This document shows, in pieces, positions 50,016 to 64,000 of a stretch of DNA of 64,000 nucleotides. Where the stretch lies: positions 449,513 through 513,512 of the forward strand of contig MU057989.1 in assembly GCA_013265495.1 (NCBI GenBank), in the 5' to 3' direction. A program made the position numbers and the translations under genes. This DNA is from Vicugna vicugna. Its lineage: Eukaryota. The notes beneath the pieces were generated by a model. It was given only the letters and a program-made list of their open reading frames with translations, was not told where the DNA came from and did not search any database. Within the stretch, counting starts at the first letter, position 1. Every line of letters begins with the position of its first letter.

Positions 50016-52434
50016 AAGACATTCCTGTTTCTTGATTCCTTACTGAAACACTCTTAAATTTCCATTTTCCCTATAAAGTAGAGATAACACTTAACTCAGG
50101 GTTTCTCTGGGGATTAGAGGGATTGATACAGAAAAGGCACCAGTCGGGCCAATAGTAGAATCTTAGTGTACATTTCCTTCCCATTTCCTGGGACCCCAGT
50201 GATACCCCAGTTGGGCGGACTGACTACTTTCGAGAAGCAGATGCATTTGTGGCTATTGCAGCTTCTTCCAGGAGCTGAGCACTGGTGGTGGTGTTTTGCT
50301 CAGTTGATTTGGTGCTTGGCCTCAGTGCTTTATGGTGTAAGTCACCTGAGCTGTTGGTCTGGGATCTCAGCAGGATTTCATTTTCTTCCCTAAGATGAAC
50401 TACCAAGTATTATTTCTTAAGCACAGCCAGCTCGGAAGCTCTGGTCTGCACATCTCTTACCCAGCACCCTCAGCCTTACACCCCTGGGACTCTGTCTCTT
50501 TTCCCAAGACATACTTGTGGATTTCCTGCTGGTAATACATCCATTCATTCAGTTTAATGAGGGACCATTATGTGCCCAGGTACTCTTCTAAACTAAGGCT
50601 ATAGTAGTGGATAAGCAGACAAAAATGTATATCCTCATGAAGCTTGTATCCTAGTGAACAGTAAAAAGGGTGTGGTTGTAGGTTTTTGCTCCTTTCAAAG
50701 AGTTAGACAGGGTCCTGAGATAGTTTTGAGCAATGGGTTGTGAACAGAAGTCTCACTTCTGGGCTGAAACATTTATTTCTTGGTGGAGGACTCTGTACTG
50801 CTGTCTCTTCCTGTCTCAGTCACGTAAACAGAGATCAAAGTGGTCGGAATGCTGAGCCCCCACAATGCTCTGTTCTGGAGAGTCCCCTGACCTGTACTGG
50901 ACTTTGTGGGAAAGAGAAATAAACTTTTGTTGGGTTAAATCACTCAGATGTTGGTGCTGTGTGTTTCTGCAGCATGACCGGGCCTGTCTTAATAGGTCCG
51001 GCTCTTCTGCTTAGAGCTCAGGAACCTTCTCTTTTTCATTTCACCTGGCTTTTGGCCCTCAGAAGAGATTTGTTTTCCTCTATGTGCTCCACTGAGCTGA
51101 TGTAGCACTGACGGGAACACTTAGAAGCTTCCAAGACTGTGGGTGATAGGAAAGAAAGACTGATTGCTTACCTGGGACAAATCCTGAAGAGGTCAGTTGT
51201 TGAAATGGCCAAGACAATGATCTCTTCCTCCCTCTCTGGCCTTACGCCACTTCCTCATCGTTGTCTCACTCTGTCCCACAGCTCCACATGCAGAAAACGA
51301 GTTTCTGTTGATCAGTGGGTTGAGAGTGTATGGGTTGCTTTCCATTTCTCTTTTTGGTACAGGAGACTTCAAGGAATGGTTTATTAAATACCTCAGTTGT
51401 ACATCTGTGAGTTGTGCCTCAATAAACAGGATGCAAGTCACCAAATTTCCCCAGATTCATGTAGAGAGGAAGGTGGCTTCTCTTCCTGGACCAAAAGGTG
51501 ACAGTTGGAAGAAACTTGGGCAGGAAAGGAGGAGCAGGACCCTCCCATTCGGGAATGAGAGACCTCCAGTGGGAAATCCTAGCTACTCAGCAGCACAACA
51601 TCTTACTACTCCTTGTGTTTGGGTCATGGGATGGATGTGTGGAAGTGGGAAGAAGGCATTTCTGTACGTCGTCACAGGGGTGAGAGCAGATTACTAAAAC
51701 AACAGCCTAAAATCAAAACTGTTGAGGCTTCGTTTAAGTGGAATTTGAGACACAACCCTACGTTCAGCCTCAAACATTAGAATTAAAGTTGTTACTACTG
51801 TGACCTCCATAACCAGATGATTTCTAGGACAAACCAGAAGGTGCTTTTAGTGTGTCACTTAACAGCCTTACAGGGGCTCCAGAGTTGGTTCTGAGAATTG
51901 GATCACTGACCTAGTCTAGTCCCCAAGTCCTCGATCCCTTCTCCGCACTGGTCTCGGTGGCCCCAGTCCTGGGACCATCCCATACGCAGAGTTCTCCCCA
52001 CTAAGCTGACTATAACCTCATACTGATCTTGAGACCCTCAGCTGTCTTTTAACCAGAGGGGAACTGGGATAAAACTGAAACAGCTAGGGTTTTGATCAGC
52101 TTTTGCAACTATGAGGACAGTGTTTAATTTTCCTAGAGAGCTAGAGGAAGAATCTAAGCAGCCTGTTCACCTGTACAGTTGGGATAACGTGAAAGGTTTG
52201 AACACCATAAAGAATTTTCCAAACACTCGCTAAGTCCCTCTGCTGACAGGTGTTTACTGAGCACTTTCTCATTTCCGGGCTCGTTCCCACTCAGGTGTAA
52301 TGGATCAAGGTTGCCCATTACTTCTCTCTTAGGAGCTTTTCCTCTACTCCTCACAGTGGATTACTTGCTAAAGGTCTCTTGTTCTTTCTGTGGGTTCTTG
52401 CTTATACAGAGTCTCTGAAGTGCCCTCAGTAGGA

Positions 52435-52735
52435 AATCAAGCCTTACCCACACTGTGTTTTTAAGGTTCTTCCCAAAGAAGTACAAAAATATATTGCTGT
52501 TGCTGAATCTGTTCCACACTTGTCACTTTTCTAGTTTCTTCCTTTGGGTTCAGTGGGGAGCAAGGCTGGAGCACTTTTGGAAGCATCTGCCGACCTTGAT
52601 GTCTATGTGTCGGGTTTCCTTTGTATGTGAATCTCCACTGCCCAGTGATCCCCAGCTGTGCCTTCTGCAGGCAAACGTCTGTAAGGCTTTCCTGCTGTGT
52701 GACTCACTCCTGTTTGATCACTCCTGCACTGCACT
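52435..52735 (-). pseudogene. Decayed C2H2 zinc-finger array, copy B
   Basis: Near-identical to 3690-4000 apart from an 8-bp indel at ~52659. Confidence 0.55.
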
Positions 52736-55700
52736 TAAAGCAGCTCTTGTGAGAGGAATTATACAAACAAGCTCTTGTCTTTCACTCAGTCTCAGACTTA
52801 GGAGAGCTATCAGAATGACTTCCCATTTCCCCCACAGTAGGATGGTGAATCTCGCATTGCACAGGCCTAAGCACTAACACAAAAGTGTAAATTCTGTTGG
52901 ATTCAACCATGAATATAATACTTTCAGCGTCATAATTTTTACAGTAAGCATTTGTCCATGACTGGTACAAACACTTAATGTTTGAAAGCTTTTGAAAAAC
53001 CCAAAAACTAAACTAAAGATCATCCTATAACTATGGTGAGTAAGCATTACCCAGCATCAAAGCTGTTTAACCTCCTTAAAGGAGAAGCTCATATTTCCAA
53101 TGTTACTCTTTGAGTTCAGAGGCACTTCTCTAGTATCCTCTGGATCTCTCCAGAGCTCCCACATTTTGAAATCCAAGCTTGCAGAAGGGCTTTCTCTTCC
53201 CTTGACCTTTACTCCTATAGCAGTCAGGTCTGCCCTTGCCACTCTGAGCACTGAGTTAATTCCCTTCATAGCACGTGTCACAAGGTAGAGTTCTTTGGTT
53301 TGTTTACTTGTTTTGGTCTGAGCCCATTAGAATGGAAGTATCAGGAGGGCAGCGGCTGTGTCTGAACTGTGTAGCCTTGACTCTTCACTGTCAAACACAA
53401 GACATATCAAAATATGTAATAAAAACAAAAATGAAAAAAACAACCCTTGAAAAACATACAGTGGGTTAGGGGTACTGACTCCCCCACAGTCGGAAATCCG
53501 TGTATAACTTTACAGTTAGCCCTCTGGATGTGTGGTGCTGCACCTACAGCCTCGACTAACCATGCACCATGTAGTACTATAGTACCTATTTATTGAAAAG
53601 TCCGTGTGTAAGTGGACCCGCACACTTCAAACCCATGCTCTTCAAGGGTCAACTTACATCAAGAAGGAAAACCTGCCATGGTCTCCTGAGCATCAGCATT
53701 GGTTACTCACAGCACCCCCTGGCCCAGCAGTCTTCCTTCTTCAGGTATTAAGTGCTTGGCAGATGTGTAATGGCTACAGTCCTGGTCTTCTTCTTTACCA
53801 GGAGAGAGGGAAGAGAAGAGCAAGCAGGTCCTCTGAAGGGACGCAAAGAGGATTCATATGTTGGGACACTGGAATGTTGAAGGCTATCATTCTGTCCGCA
53901 GGGATGTTCCAGCGTGGAGCTTAGGGAGTTTCACCCTGGAAAAGGAAGTCTGGATTCCGTGGGCGCCCCAGGAAAGGCATCTCCACTCATGTTACCTCTC
54001 CTCCCAGCACCCACCCCCACCACGTCTGCTCTCTAGCACTTGCCAGTAGCAAAGGCCTGAATACCCACACAGACCTAGAGGTCTTGCAGGCACTTGGCAC
54101 CTCTCTTCCCATGGGCTCTCTCAGCACTGAGGCAGTCTGGTCTGTCAGTGGGTCCCAAACTTGTAGACAGGAGCACAGTGAGATACGCAGAGCTATTCCA
54201 TGAAAAACGTATTCTGCTCCCAAGTAAATCAGAGACAATAGGTTAAAGTCAATGTTTTGTTATAGGAGGACTTCTCAGTATATATGGTAAGTGTACAGTA
54301 TAATCTCTGGGTCAAGGGAGAGGTGTATAAGCATGTGGTGATTGTCAGCCTTATGTGATCGTTGTGGTGGGGGTGGTGTATGTGACATTTACACCTAACA
54401 TCTCTCAGACAGCTTTGTGGAACACCAGTTTGGGAAGCACTGACCTAGTTAATCTTTTCACCATTGTAGGAACTGAGAATGTCTGAATTAGTGGAACAAA
54501 ACTAGCTCCCACATCACTTGACTCACAATTAAATGCCCTTTCCTCCACACCGCACAGCCTCTGTGGTAGTGGGTCAGCATCGCCATTAAACATTAGGAAG
54601 TTGAAGCTTCTGATCCCATGGCTAGATATTGCGGGCACTGTAGAACTACTACCCAGTACCCATTCACCCTTTTTCTAAGCGAGGACATGGTGACTTCTCT
54701 CTAGGAAGGGCCCAGCTAGAGAATTTGTTTCTCCAAGGTCAGTGCAAGTAATTGTGTTGGTATCTTCTATGTCCAATTGAAGATCCAAGCATTTTCATTA
54801 AAACAGTCTCAGTTGCTTCCAACATTTGCCATTGCAAAGTGTATTATTCTACACACAAGAGTTTGAAAATTGACACTTCACTTTTACAAAGCTGACAACC
54901 CAGTACAACTTCTTTCAAATGTCAAAGCTCACCTACTCAGAAGGGGTGAACAACAGGGACCATCAGTCCCACTTGAGAGGTCAGGTATGTAAGATAAATG
55001 ACAGGAAGTGGTCGTCTTAAGATTTGTTGGACAAGATGCAGGGACAGAACTGAAGTTTCCTGGTTCTTAGTTCAGCTACAAGAGCACCAGGAATTCTTGT
55101 CCATTCCAGTGTCCCCAACGTGCATGGAGCAAGATTTAGGACTCAGAGTTCCTGGCTGACTCCTTATTACCCATTCTTCGCCTTCTGCTCTCTGAGACAG
55201 TCAGCCCAGGCTCCGTTCCACCACCATCCTGACCACTCATCAGCCCTCACTGTCTCTGAAGGAGGAAAAGGAGAGACCAGGCCACTGACATTGCAGGAAG
55301 TGTCATCACTCTCAAATAAATCATGATCTCTTACCTGTCTCCCCAAGTGCCAGGAATCCCTTCTTAAGGATAGTCTGTTACCAGAAGGAACCCCATTTTC
55401 TCTCTGGCCAATGCCTTAGAGTTAACGAGGGCACTGTGCCCTCCAAAATCATTTCTTGTCCTGTACACAGTTTGGGACCTGGAAATGTCTGTCCTCTAAC
55501 TGTTCTCAGGCACAAAGCAGTCTGAGACCTGCAGAAGAGTAATAGGAAAAGCTGTGTCATTTTGCATTCCCATCAGCAATGACTGAGAGTTCCTCTTGCT
55601 GCACATCCTTGTCAGCATTTGTTGTCAGTGTTTTTGGATTTTCACTATTTTGATAGTTCTATAGTGGTATCTTGTTGCTCTAATTTACAATCCCCTGATG

Positions 55701-58700
55701 ACATGTGGAGCATCTTTTGATTCCCCCCTCCCCCATCTTCATACCTTGTTTGGTAAAGTATCTTTTCATGCCTTTTGGCTCTTTCTTAATTGTTTATTTT
55801 CTTATTGTTGAATCTTAAGGATTATTTGTGTAAGTTACATAAAAGTTCTTTATCAGATACGTATTTGGCAAATGTTTTCTTTTAGTTGTGGCTTGCCTTC
55901 CCATTCTTTTGATAGTGTCTCCTGCAGAGCAAAAGTTTTAAATTTTAATGAAGCCCAACTTCATTCCTGAAGCATGCCTTTAGTGTTGTATCTATAAAGT
56001 TACCACCAAACCCAAGGTCATCTAGGTTTTCTCCTAAGTTTTATCTTCTAGGAGTTTTATCATTTTGTTTTACATGTAGGTCTGGAATCCATTTTGAGTT
56101 ATTTTTGTAATGAGTGTAAAATCTGTATGTAAATTGCTTTGTGTGTAGGGGGGTAGCCAGTGATTATATCATCATTTGTTAAAAAGACTATCTTTCCTCT
56201 ATTTTATTGCCTTTGCTCCTTGGTCAGCAGTCAGTCGCCCATATTAAATGGGTCTATTTCTTGGCTCTCTGTTCTGTTTTATTGATCTGTTTGTCTGTTC
56301 TTTCACTAGTGCCACGCTGTCTTGATTATTGTAGCTTTAGAGTAAGTCAGTGTCAGGGAATATCACCCCTCTGACTTTTTTCTTCTTCAGTATTGTGTTG
56401 GCTATTCTGGGTTTTGGCCTCTCTGTATATATTTTAAAATCAATTTGTATGATGTTGAAGATAGGTGGTGAGTGAGGATATTATTGCCTTATTCCTTATC
56501 TTAATGGGAAATCTGGCTTATCACAATTAAGTGTGATATTAGTTGCAGACTTTGTGTAGATTCTTTTAAATCAAGTTAAGGAAATTATCCTCTATTCCTA
56601 GTTTGCAGAGAGTTTTTATCGTAAATGCATGTTGGATTTTCTCAAATGCTTTTTTGCATCTATTGATGTGATCATGTGATTTTTATTCTTTAGCCTGTTG
56701 ACATGATGGATTGCATTAATTTATTTCTTATATTGAACCAGCCTTGCATCTCTGGACTAAATCCCAGTGTATAATTCTTATTATATGTTGTTGGATTTGA
56801 TTTGTTAATATCCCTAATCTCTGTCCGTTGCACCATGGATTATTTCAACTAAAAACAATATCTATGTTGCAGTTTTAGAAGATATTCAGTGTCCTCTATT
56901 CTAGTGTACTGGAAGTTTGACAGGTGGGGAGTGTAGTAGATATTTGTTGATTGCATCTTAGCCTCCATTTTTTGACTCCTCCTTCCTAACAACTCTGATT
57001 CAATTGGGAGACCTCTGAGGTTCCTGATCCTGGTTTCTGTGAGGGAGAATGTGACCTAAACCAAGTTAAAAAGAGGAGATTCTACCTGCTTGGCTAGAAG
57101 ATGGCTCAGGGTTAGGCATATGACCTTAAGCCGGTCCCATCATGACTTGTTGGAAATGATAGCACAAATCCAGCTCTTGCTGGATATTATATGGAACCCA
57201 GTAGGTGTTGACAGTCTTCTTGAAACAGGAGAGATGCAAGCTTTAGGATGAAGGCAACACCATAGCAGACAGAACAGAGTGATAAATATGCAGGTTTTGG
57301 TGACACTGTTAAGCTGTAGGATCAAACCATCCCCTGATACCTAGAATTGTCCTGGACTTTTCAGCTGCATGAATCTGTACATTTCTCTTTATTGTTTGAG
57401 CCAGTGTGAATTGGGGTTTCTGTTCATTGTAACTGAAAGAGTTTTAATACATAAAGCAATAACTGATTTATGACCATACATTAGGAGACTAACAATCATT
57501 TTTTACATACCTATTTAACAAGAGATTTATTGTTTTTAGTTAAAATACTCCATGGTGCAATAAGAGTGTTCTAAATATTAGCTATTTGAAAAATCATAGC
57601 TACTTGATGGATTATTCATGTCTCTCCAAACATTCTCCTTTTTATCATAGCGCAATATTAATGAGTTTAATCATGGAGTTGTGTTGCGTTCAGAGGTGGC
57701 AGGAGTTTGGTGTCAGTCTTAGAAGTGTGTTTATTGAAGTGATCTTTGTGGGACCATGACTACTAGTTGGATGGATTTTAGAGACATGTGCATTGAAGTG
57801 AAATGTTATTGATGTGTTAAACAGGTTTAGAACTGATTCTGGCCTTTACTAGTTATTAAACTGTAGTTATTAAACCGAAGTGGGTAACATTTTTATTATC
57901 ATGCGTAATAAGCTTTCCAGCCTCTGAAATGTAAATTTAGTTAATGTAAACTATACTTGTTGCTCCATTCTTAAAATCCTTCAGTTTTTTTCCCCATGGC
58001 TGTCTGCATAAAATCTAAAATACAGTCAATAATAATATCCCAAATAAAATCTACAAGACCGGCTATGTTCAGCACACCCCAAGCCCCTAGTCCCCTTTGT
58101 AACTTTGACACAGCTCCCCTGCTCAGTCATGATTCTGTGCCCCCGACAGCTTTTCCAGTCCTCAGCACGTGGCCCTGGAAACTTCCCAGGACTTAGAGAG
58201 GCTGACATCATTTTATTTTAATTAATTGAAGTTTATATAGTCTTACATGACTATCTGAAAATTGTAAGAATTCTAAATTGCTCAAATACAATAAAATGTT
58301 TTTTCTTTAAAAATATTTAAAAGTTTTCATTACAGAAGTTATCAAACACACATAAATTATAAAATAATAATACAATGAACCTCTGTGTAGGCTTCAACAG
58401 TTATCAACATTTTGCATATCTTGTTTCATTTATCCTCTCCAGTTTTTTTTAATTTTGTTTGTTTTGGGGGGGGTTCTTGTTTGTTTTGAGGTGTTTTAAA
58501 GCTAATCTCAGACATTATAACATTTCATGAATTATTAGTTCCATTTAAAAGAGATAAATAAATCTTGACACTCTTGCCCTAACCCGTCTTTATGAAAGAA
58601 TTCCCAGTCAGCAGAAGCCTTCGCTTCTGCCAGAGGCAAGGCTGATTGAGGACATGGGAGCTGCTTTTCCTCCCTCAGAGGGCAACTAGTGCTTAACTGG

Positions 58701-61633
58701 CAGCTTCTCAAAATGGCTTTGTAAGAGGACCCTCTTGGTCTTCTCCCTGGGGTATCCACTTAGGAGAACAACAGGCAACCCAAATGCCTCATAATGAGAG
58801 TGGTCCAGAAGGGATACTGGATGCCTGTAATCAACACCAGAGTAACTTATTAATAAGTTGAAACTACATTTTCAACTACTAACTTTTAACGAGCCCCAGA
58901 GTGATTCACTCATTAAGAGTTAAGTGGCAACAGTTACTTGTTGGTTTCCTTGAAGTCACCAAAGAACAAAATAATCATAATAATTACTCTCTAATGTATT
59001 TATATAGGACATTTTCCCAGGAGCTCTAAGTGCCCTCATTTACGTACTTTCCTTGGTTTTCATCTTTTATTACCCTTAAAATAATGTGTAAATGAATACA
59101 AAAAAAAATTAGAATTTGTTACAATTCACTTTCTTCTAAGCATTCCTGCTTGATTAAATTTCTTTTCAATTAACATTAAACTATCACATTTTTTGTAACT
59201 GTGAACATGAAAAATGAAGTGGGAATTTGATATTCCTATCCTGTTTTCTTCCCCATTTGGTGCCATACTTCCTCTTAATGAGGAATTTTCTCTCCATTTC
59301 CTTGGTGTCCATTCTTCCTTTGATCCTCTTTCTGGACTTAATTAAAAGTAGTTAGTTTGCATACTTGCTGATACGATTTTTCTTATGTATCTTTCATCTT
59401 TCTTTTTGAAATTTGTATCTTACGATTTTATATTCCATTTTTTCTCTATCAGCCTTGCCAGGGATGGGTTTCTCTTATTATTAATCTTCCCAACAAACTA
59501 ACTTGCAGTTTTGTTGTTGTTCCATATTTTACTGGTTTTTCCTTTATATCTTTTTTTCTTTTTGTATCTCATCATAATACCTGAAGTATATGCGTGATTG
59601 TTTTCTTATAATTTTAAATCATGAAACAATAAAGTGTACACAAAAAAATGAAATATAATAATACAATCAACACCTGTGTGCCTTCTACCCAACTTAGTAA
59701 GTAAAACATAACAAGTATGACTGGAGATCACTTGTTCCACTTCTCATGCTTACTCCTCTTCCTCCATCCCCAGTGACAACCACTACCTTGAGTTTTGTGT
59801 TCATTGTGTCTTTTGTAGTTCAGAGTAGTGACTCAGGAGATTGACTGCTTGCATTCATAATCCAGCTCCACTTCTTAATAGCAGTGTGGCCTGGAACAAT
59901 TTATTTATCTCTTCATTTTTCAGTTTTCTATTTTGTACAATGAAAGTTAAAAAAAATCCAAAGCCCACCTTGTGAGGTTCTTGGTAAAATTAGTTAGCTA
60001 TAAATACCTAGAAGATCCTTGGTTATATTGAAGCAGTATGTATGTGTATGCATGTATCAATAAATGGTATATGCCATTGTTTTGCATGTTTAGTTTTTTA
60101 TATAAATATTTTCAAACCATTGGACTTTTTGAATTATTTTGTTCATTTCAATATTAGATTTTTGACTTATCCATGTTTCATCTTGTAGTTCTAGTTCTTT
60201 CATTATAACTACTGTACAAAATACAAATGACAAGGCAAAATAAAGTAGATACAATAGAAATAAATAAAATCACAAACTTTAAAAGTATCAATAAGCTTGA
60301 AAATCTAAGCCAGTGACTGTTACATGTATCCTTATTAGCCTTTTGCATAGGAGTGTTTATTAAGGTAATCCTGCTTTTCTTCTACTGACGTATTTTGGGT
60401 TGTGTAGGGCAAATAAATTTTCTAAAAAGTTTTTAGGTCTTTAGATCAAGAGGAACCACATTCAGTCCTGATGTAGACAATTACAGGATCCTGACTGAGC
60501 CTCTTACAGGATTAGATGAGAGTTTGGGGATGTCTTAGGGGAATGGAAGGGTATATCTTCTATAGAACGTAAGTGGATATTTGTAACCAGGAGAGAAACT
60601 ATCCTGGTAGGTTTTATTTTGTCGATAATTCTCCATTCCTCTCTCACCTCGTCATGGTTCATTTGATGGCAGAAGCTTCCCCAGCACCTTCACAGTGGGC
60701 TTGACCTAGTGACTTGTTTTAGCCAGTGCACTAAATGCAGAGATGACATTGTTCCAGTTCTGAGCTGGGGCCTTTAGAAACATTATGTATGTCTTCTCAC
60801 CCTGTTGCACTTCTGCTTCTAGTCCAGGATGTGAGACACGTGGACAGTCCTGAAAACCTGCAGTCTGAGGCAGAGCTAGCTCAGGTGACTTGCAGACTTG
60901 AGAAAAATAAATATGTGTGATCATAAGCCACTGAGATTTGGGGATGATTTCTTATGCAGCTGTAGAACAAAATCCTAACAAAGAAAGAAAAAATCGCAGA
61001 TTCATTATAAGTCTAATATAACCATGATCCAAGTACCATATAAGGAGAGTGCAAAACAAATTTCACTTTATTCATGAGCATATAGGCAAAAATCCTATAT
61101 TAAAGAATTAGCTAACAAAATATAACATGTATTATAACATAATCCATTGCGTTTAAGTGCACCTTGTCCCAGGAATTCATGGAGGTTTAAAATCAGAAAA
61201 TCTTTCAATATAACTTACCCCATTAATGGACTAAATGGGAAATACCATATGATGATATCTTTACACAGAGAAAGCTTTTTGACAAATTTCATGAACTAGT
61301 TATGAGTTTAAAATTTTTTTCAGACTACAAGGAATTAAAGTAAACATCCTCCCCAATAAATGCTAAATGCCTAAAAACTATAGTAAGATCATAATTAATG
61401 AGAGACTTTCTTTTAAATTTCCTTTCTTTCTTTTAAGGTCAGGAAAAATTAAGAAAATATACTAAAACCTCTACTTCTCTACATATTAGTAGAGATTCTG
61501 GCTATTGCAACTAGGTAAGAAAATCAACAGTTGAAAAATTGGAAAGTAAGATACAAACTTTTATTTCTTTGCAGATATTATTATGACTGACATTTTAAAA
61601 AACCAAAAGATTCCCCAGCCCCAGAAGCTGGTG

Positions 61634-62094
61634 ATGGCACAGAACATGCTGTGTTCTCTGTACCAGCTGGTCAACCCACAGCTCCATGTCTTTCACATCA
61701 ACTTCTTCATTTGGCAGGTGCAGCCCAGCCTGGCTCAGCCTGAAGACACTGTGCAGTTCTGGGTCCCCATGGAGATGACCAGAATGGACCTCAGGAATTA
61801 GCTTCAGTGCATTTACCACATGCCCTTGGCCACAATGCAGATGAGTATACAAGATGGTTCCAGCAGGAAGAGCGATTAGAGAAGCTTCAGGATGAAAAAT
61901 CAGACGACAAGATGGCCTGTGTGCAGCTGGTACATGGACAGACTTTCACGTTCACAGATCTGTTTCCTGAGAAAAAGAGCCCTGAATGCAGTTCCAAGGA
62001 TGATGACATCCAGGACTAGCTCCTGAAGGACCAGCATTGGAGGCACAGCCACAACCCCAGGCGCGGGGGCACCCCCAGCTGGTTTGGCCTGTGA
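61634..62094 (+). pseudogene. MRPL23: Processed pseudogene of MRPL23, copy B
   Basis: [55 protein letters not shown] ... [18 protein letters not shown] ... NPRRGGTPSWFGL*. In-frame stops; AATAAA at 62109; TSD 61597-61612 and 62131-62149. Confidence 0.93.
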
Positions 62095-63666
62095 CATGTG
62101 ACAGTTCAAATAAAAGTGCTGCTTGTGGGGAAAAAAGATCCAAAAGATTTGACATGCGAATTATTCAGACTGAAAAAAAAATCAATTAAGTGTTCAGGAA
62201 CAAGATCAACTGAAAAATCAGTAGGTTCCACTACATCATTATCAACTAGAAAATATAAGAAAATAAGGTACCATTAACAATAGCCAATAAACAGCTCAAC
62301 CACAATTAAAACAACATCTAGGAATTTACCTGAGAAAAAAGACACAAGGCAGTTAAAGGGAAAATTTTAACCCTGCAAATAATATAAAGGAAAGCATAAA
62401 TAATTATAGTGATATAACATGTCCTCAAATGGGATGACTTCACACATAAAAGTATCAATTCTCACCCCCCAAATTATCTGTAAATGCAGTGAATACTAGT
62501 AAAAATGTTAGCAATATTTTTCAAGGAATGCTATAAACATTCCATAGTTTTTAACAGAGGAATAAAAATGTCTACAAAAAGCCACAGCAATTTTGAAATA
62601 GATTCACAAAAAGCAAGAACAGTTGCCCTACCTTATTTTAAGACATTTACAAAGCTGGGGTAGTAAAAATAGAATGCTCTTGTGTAACAACAGACAGGCA
62701 AACGATGGAGAGATACAGAGAACATGAATCTACTACCAGGAGCATGAATCCACACCAGGTTACATTATAATAAAATTTCCAAAGCCAAAGGTAGAGAATC
62801 TTGAAAACTGAAAGAAGAAACAGACTCATCATGTACAAATAAACTTCAAGAAAATTAACAGAAAATTAACAGCCTTTTCTTCATCAGAAACCATCAAGGC
62901 AAGAAGAAAGTGGATGATACACTTTAAATTCTGAAAGGAAAATAAGTCACTGTCAACTAAGAATGCTACACCCAGCAAAACTATCCTTCAAAATGAAGGA
63001 GAAATTAAGACATTGTCATATAAACAAAAGCTGAGGGAATTTATAGCTAATGGGACTTTGCTACAAGAAATGCTAATGGCAATCCTTCAAGCTGAAAGAG
63101 TGGACACCCAACAGTAACTCAAAGCCGTATGAAGAAAAACAGTAAAGATAATTATACATGTAAATATAAAAGCCAGTCCTATTGTATTTTTTGTAATTCT
63201 TTTTTTCTGTGTATGATTTAAAAGCCAAATGCATGAAATAATGGTTCTACATCTATGTCAATGGGCACACAATTATAAAGCTGTAATTTGTAATAATAAC
63301 AACATAAAGGGATGAAAGAGCTATATAGGAACAAAGTTTTGTATACTGTTGAAACTAAGTTGGTACTAATTCAAACAAAATTTTATTAAATTGAGTTGTA
63401 TGTTGTAATTCACACGCTATCTACTAACTAAAAATATGGAGTCAAAGTAAGGATAAGATAATCAAACAATACACAAGGAAAATCAAATAAATACATAAAT
63501 AATGCTAATGGGGGAACAAAAAATAGATATTATATGTAGAAAACATATAGCAAAGTGGTGGAAGTAAGTACAATAATTACAAAAATGTAAATGAATTTAT
63601 GTCTTCAGTAAAAAGGCAGATATAGATTTAAAACAGCATCTAACTTAAATTGTCTACAGGAGACTT

Positions 63667-64000
63667 TTTTTTACTTGTTTTTATAAATTGAGGTGTAGTC
63701 AGTTTATGATGTGTTAATTTCTAGTGTACAGCCTAGTGATTCAATTATACATACATATATATGTATATATATATTCATTTTCATATCTTTTTTATTATAG
63801 GCTATTACAAGCCTATAATATCTTCCCTGTGCTATACAATAGGACCTCGCTGTTTTATATATAGTAGTTAGTATCTGCAAATCCCAAACTCCTAATTTAT
63901 CCCTCCACCTCCCCCTTTTCTCCCTTGGTAACCATAATTTTGTTTTCTATGTCTGTGAGTTGTGGTATGTATATCACAACTAATTTATCCAATCATCTCT
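63667..64000 (-). mobile_element. Younger L1 3' end at the site paralogous to 16540
   Basis: Same insertion point after tgtctacagg; shares gtgtacagcctagtgat with the copy A element. Confidence 0.75.

Larger units (their letters stand above)
45680..63960 (+). repeat. Segmental duplication copy B
   Basis: Same order of unique sequence, MLT LTRs, Tigger MITE, L1s and MRPL23 retrocopy as 1-16810. The offset varies from ~45.7 to ~48.8 kb because of copy-specific indels. Confidence 0.95.

Noticed and set aside
45680..64000. Duplication as a false (haplotype) duplication in the assembly
   Set aside because: Extensive divergence and copy-specific TSD-flanked insertions with empty paralogous sites far exceed allelic variation; only the identical tracts could be artefactual.

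Overview
Mammalian nuclear DNA, most likely a camelid (alpaca, llama or camel), inferred from three tRNA-derived SINEs of the Vic-1 type. The gene content matches the ZNF75A-OR2C1 neighbourhood (human 16p13.3 synteny, recalled rather than searched). The window spans an old tandem segmental duplication: 1..~16.8 kb (copy A) recurs at ~45.7..64 kb (copy B). The two copies alternate between roughly 75-88% identity (by eye) and apparently perfect tracts up to ~1.2 kb, which suggests interlocus gene conversion. Gene-like content: (1) a ZNF75A-like SCAN-KRAB-C2H2 copy (39847-45305) with a broken 5' end and a destroyed fifth finger, but an open spliced KRAB plus 4-finger core; (2) an OR2C1 pseudogene and a second, more decayed OR remnant; (3) two MRPL23 processed pseudogenes nested in an old L1; (4) a decayed SCAN exon downstream of an intact CpG-island promoter; (5) a fossil antisense C2H2 array in both copies. 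Three TSD-bounded insertions carry ancient L1M-type 3' ends inside younger hosts or at copy-specific sites, pointing to L1-mediated transduction or re-mobilisation. I see no evidence of a wholly new molecular system; the interest is in locus evolution. Identities and repeat-family names are by-eye calls, not computed.
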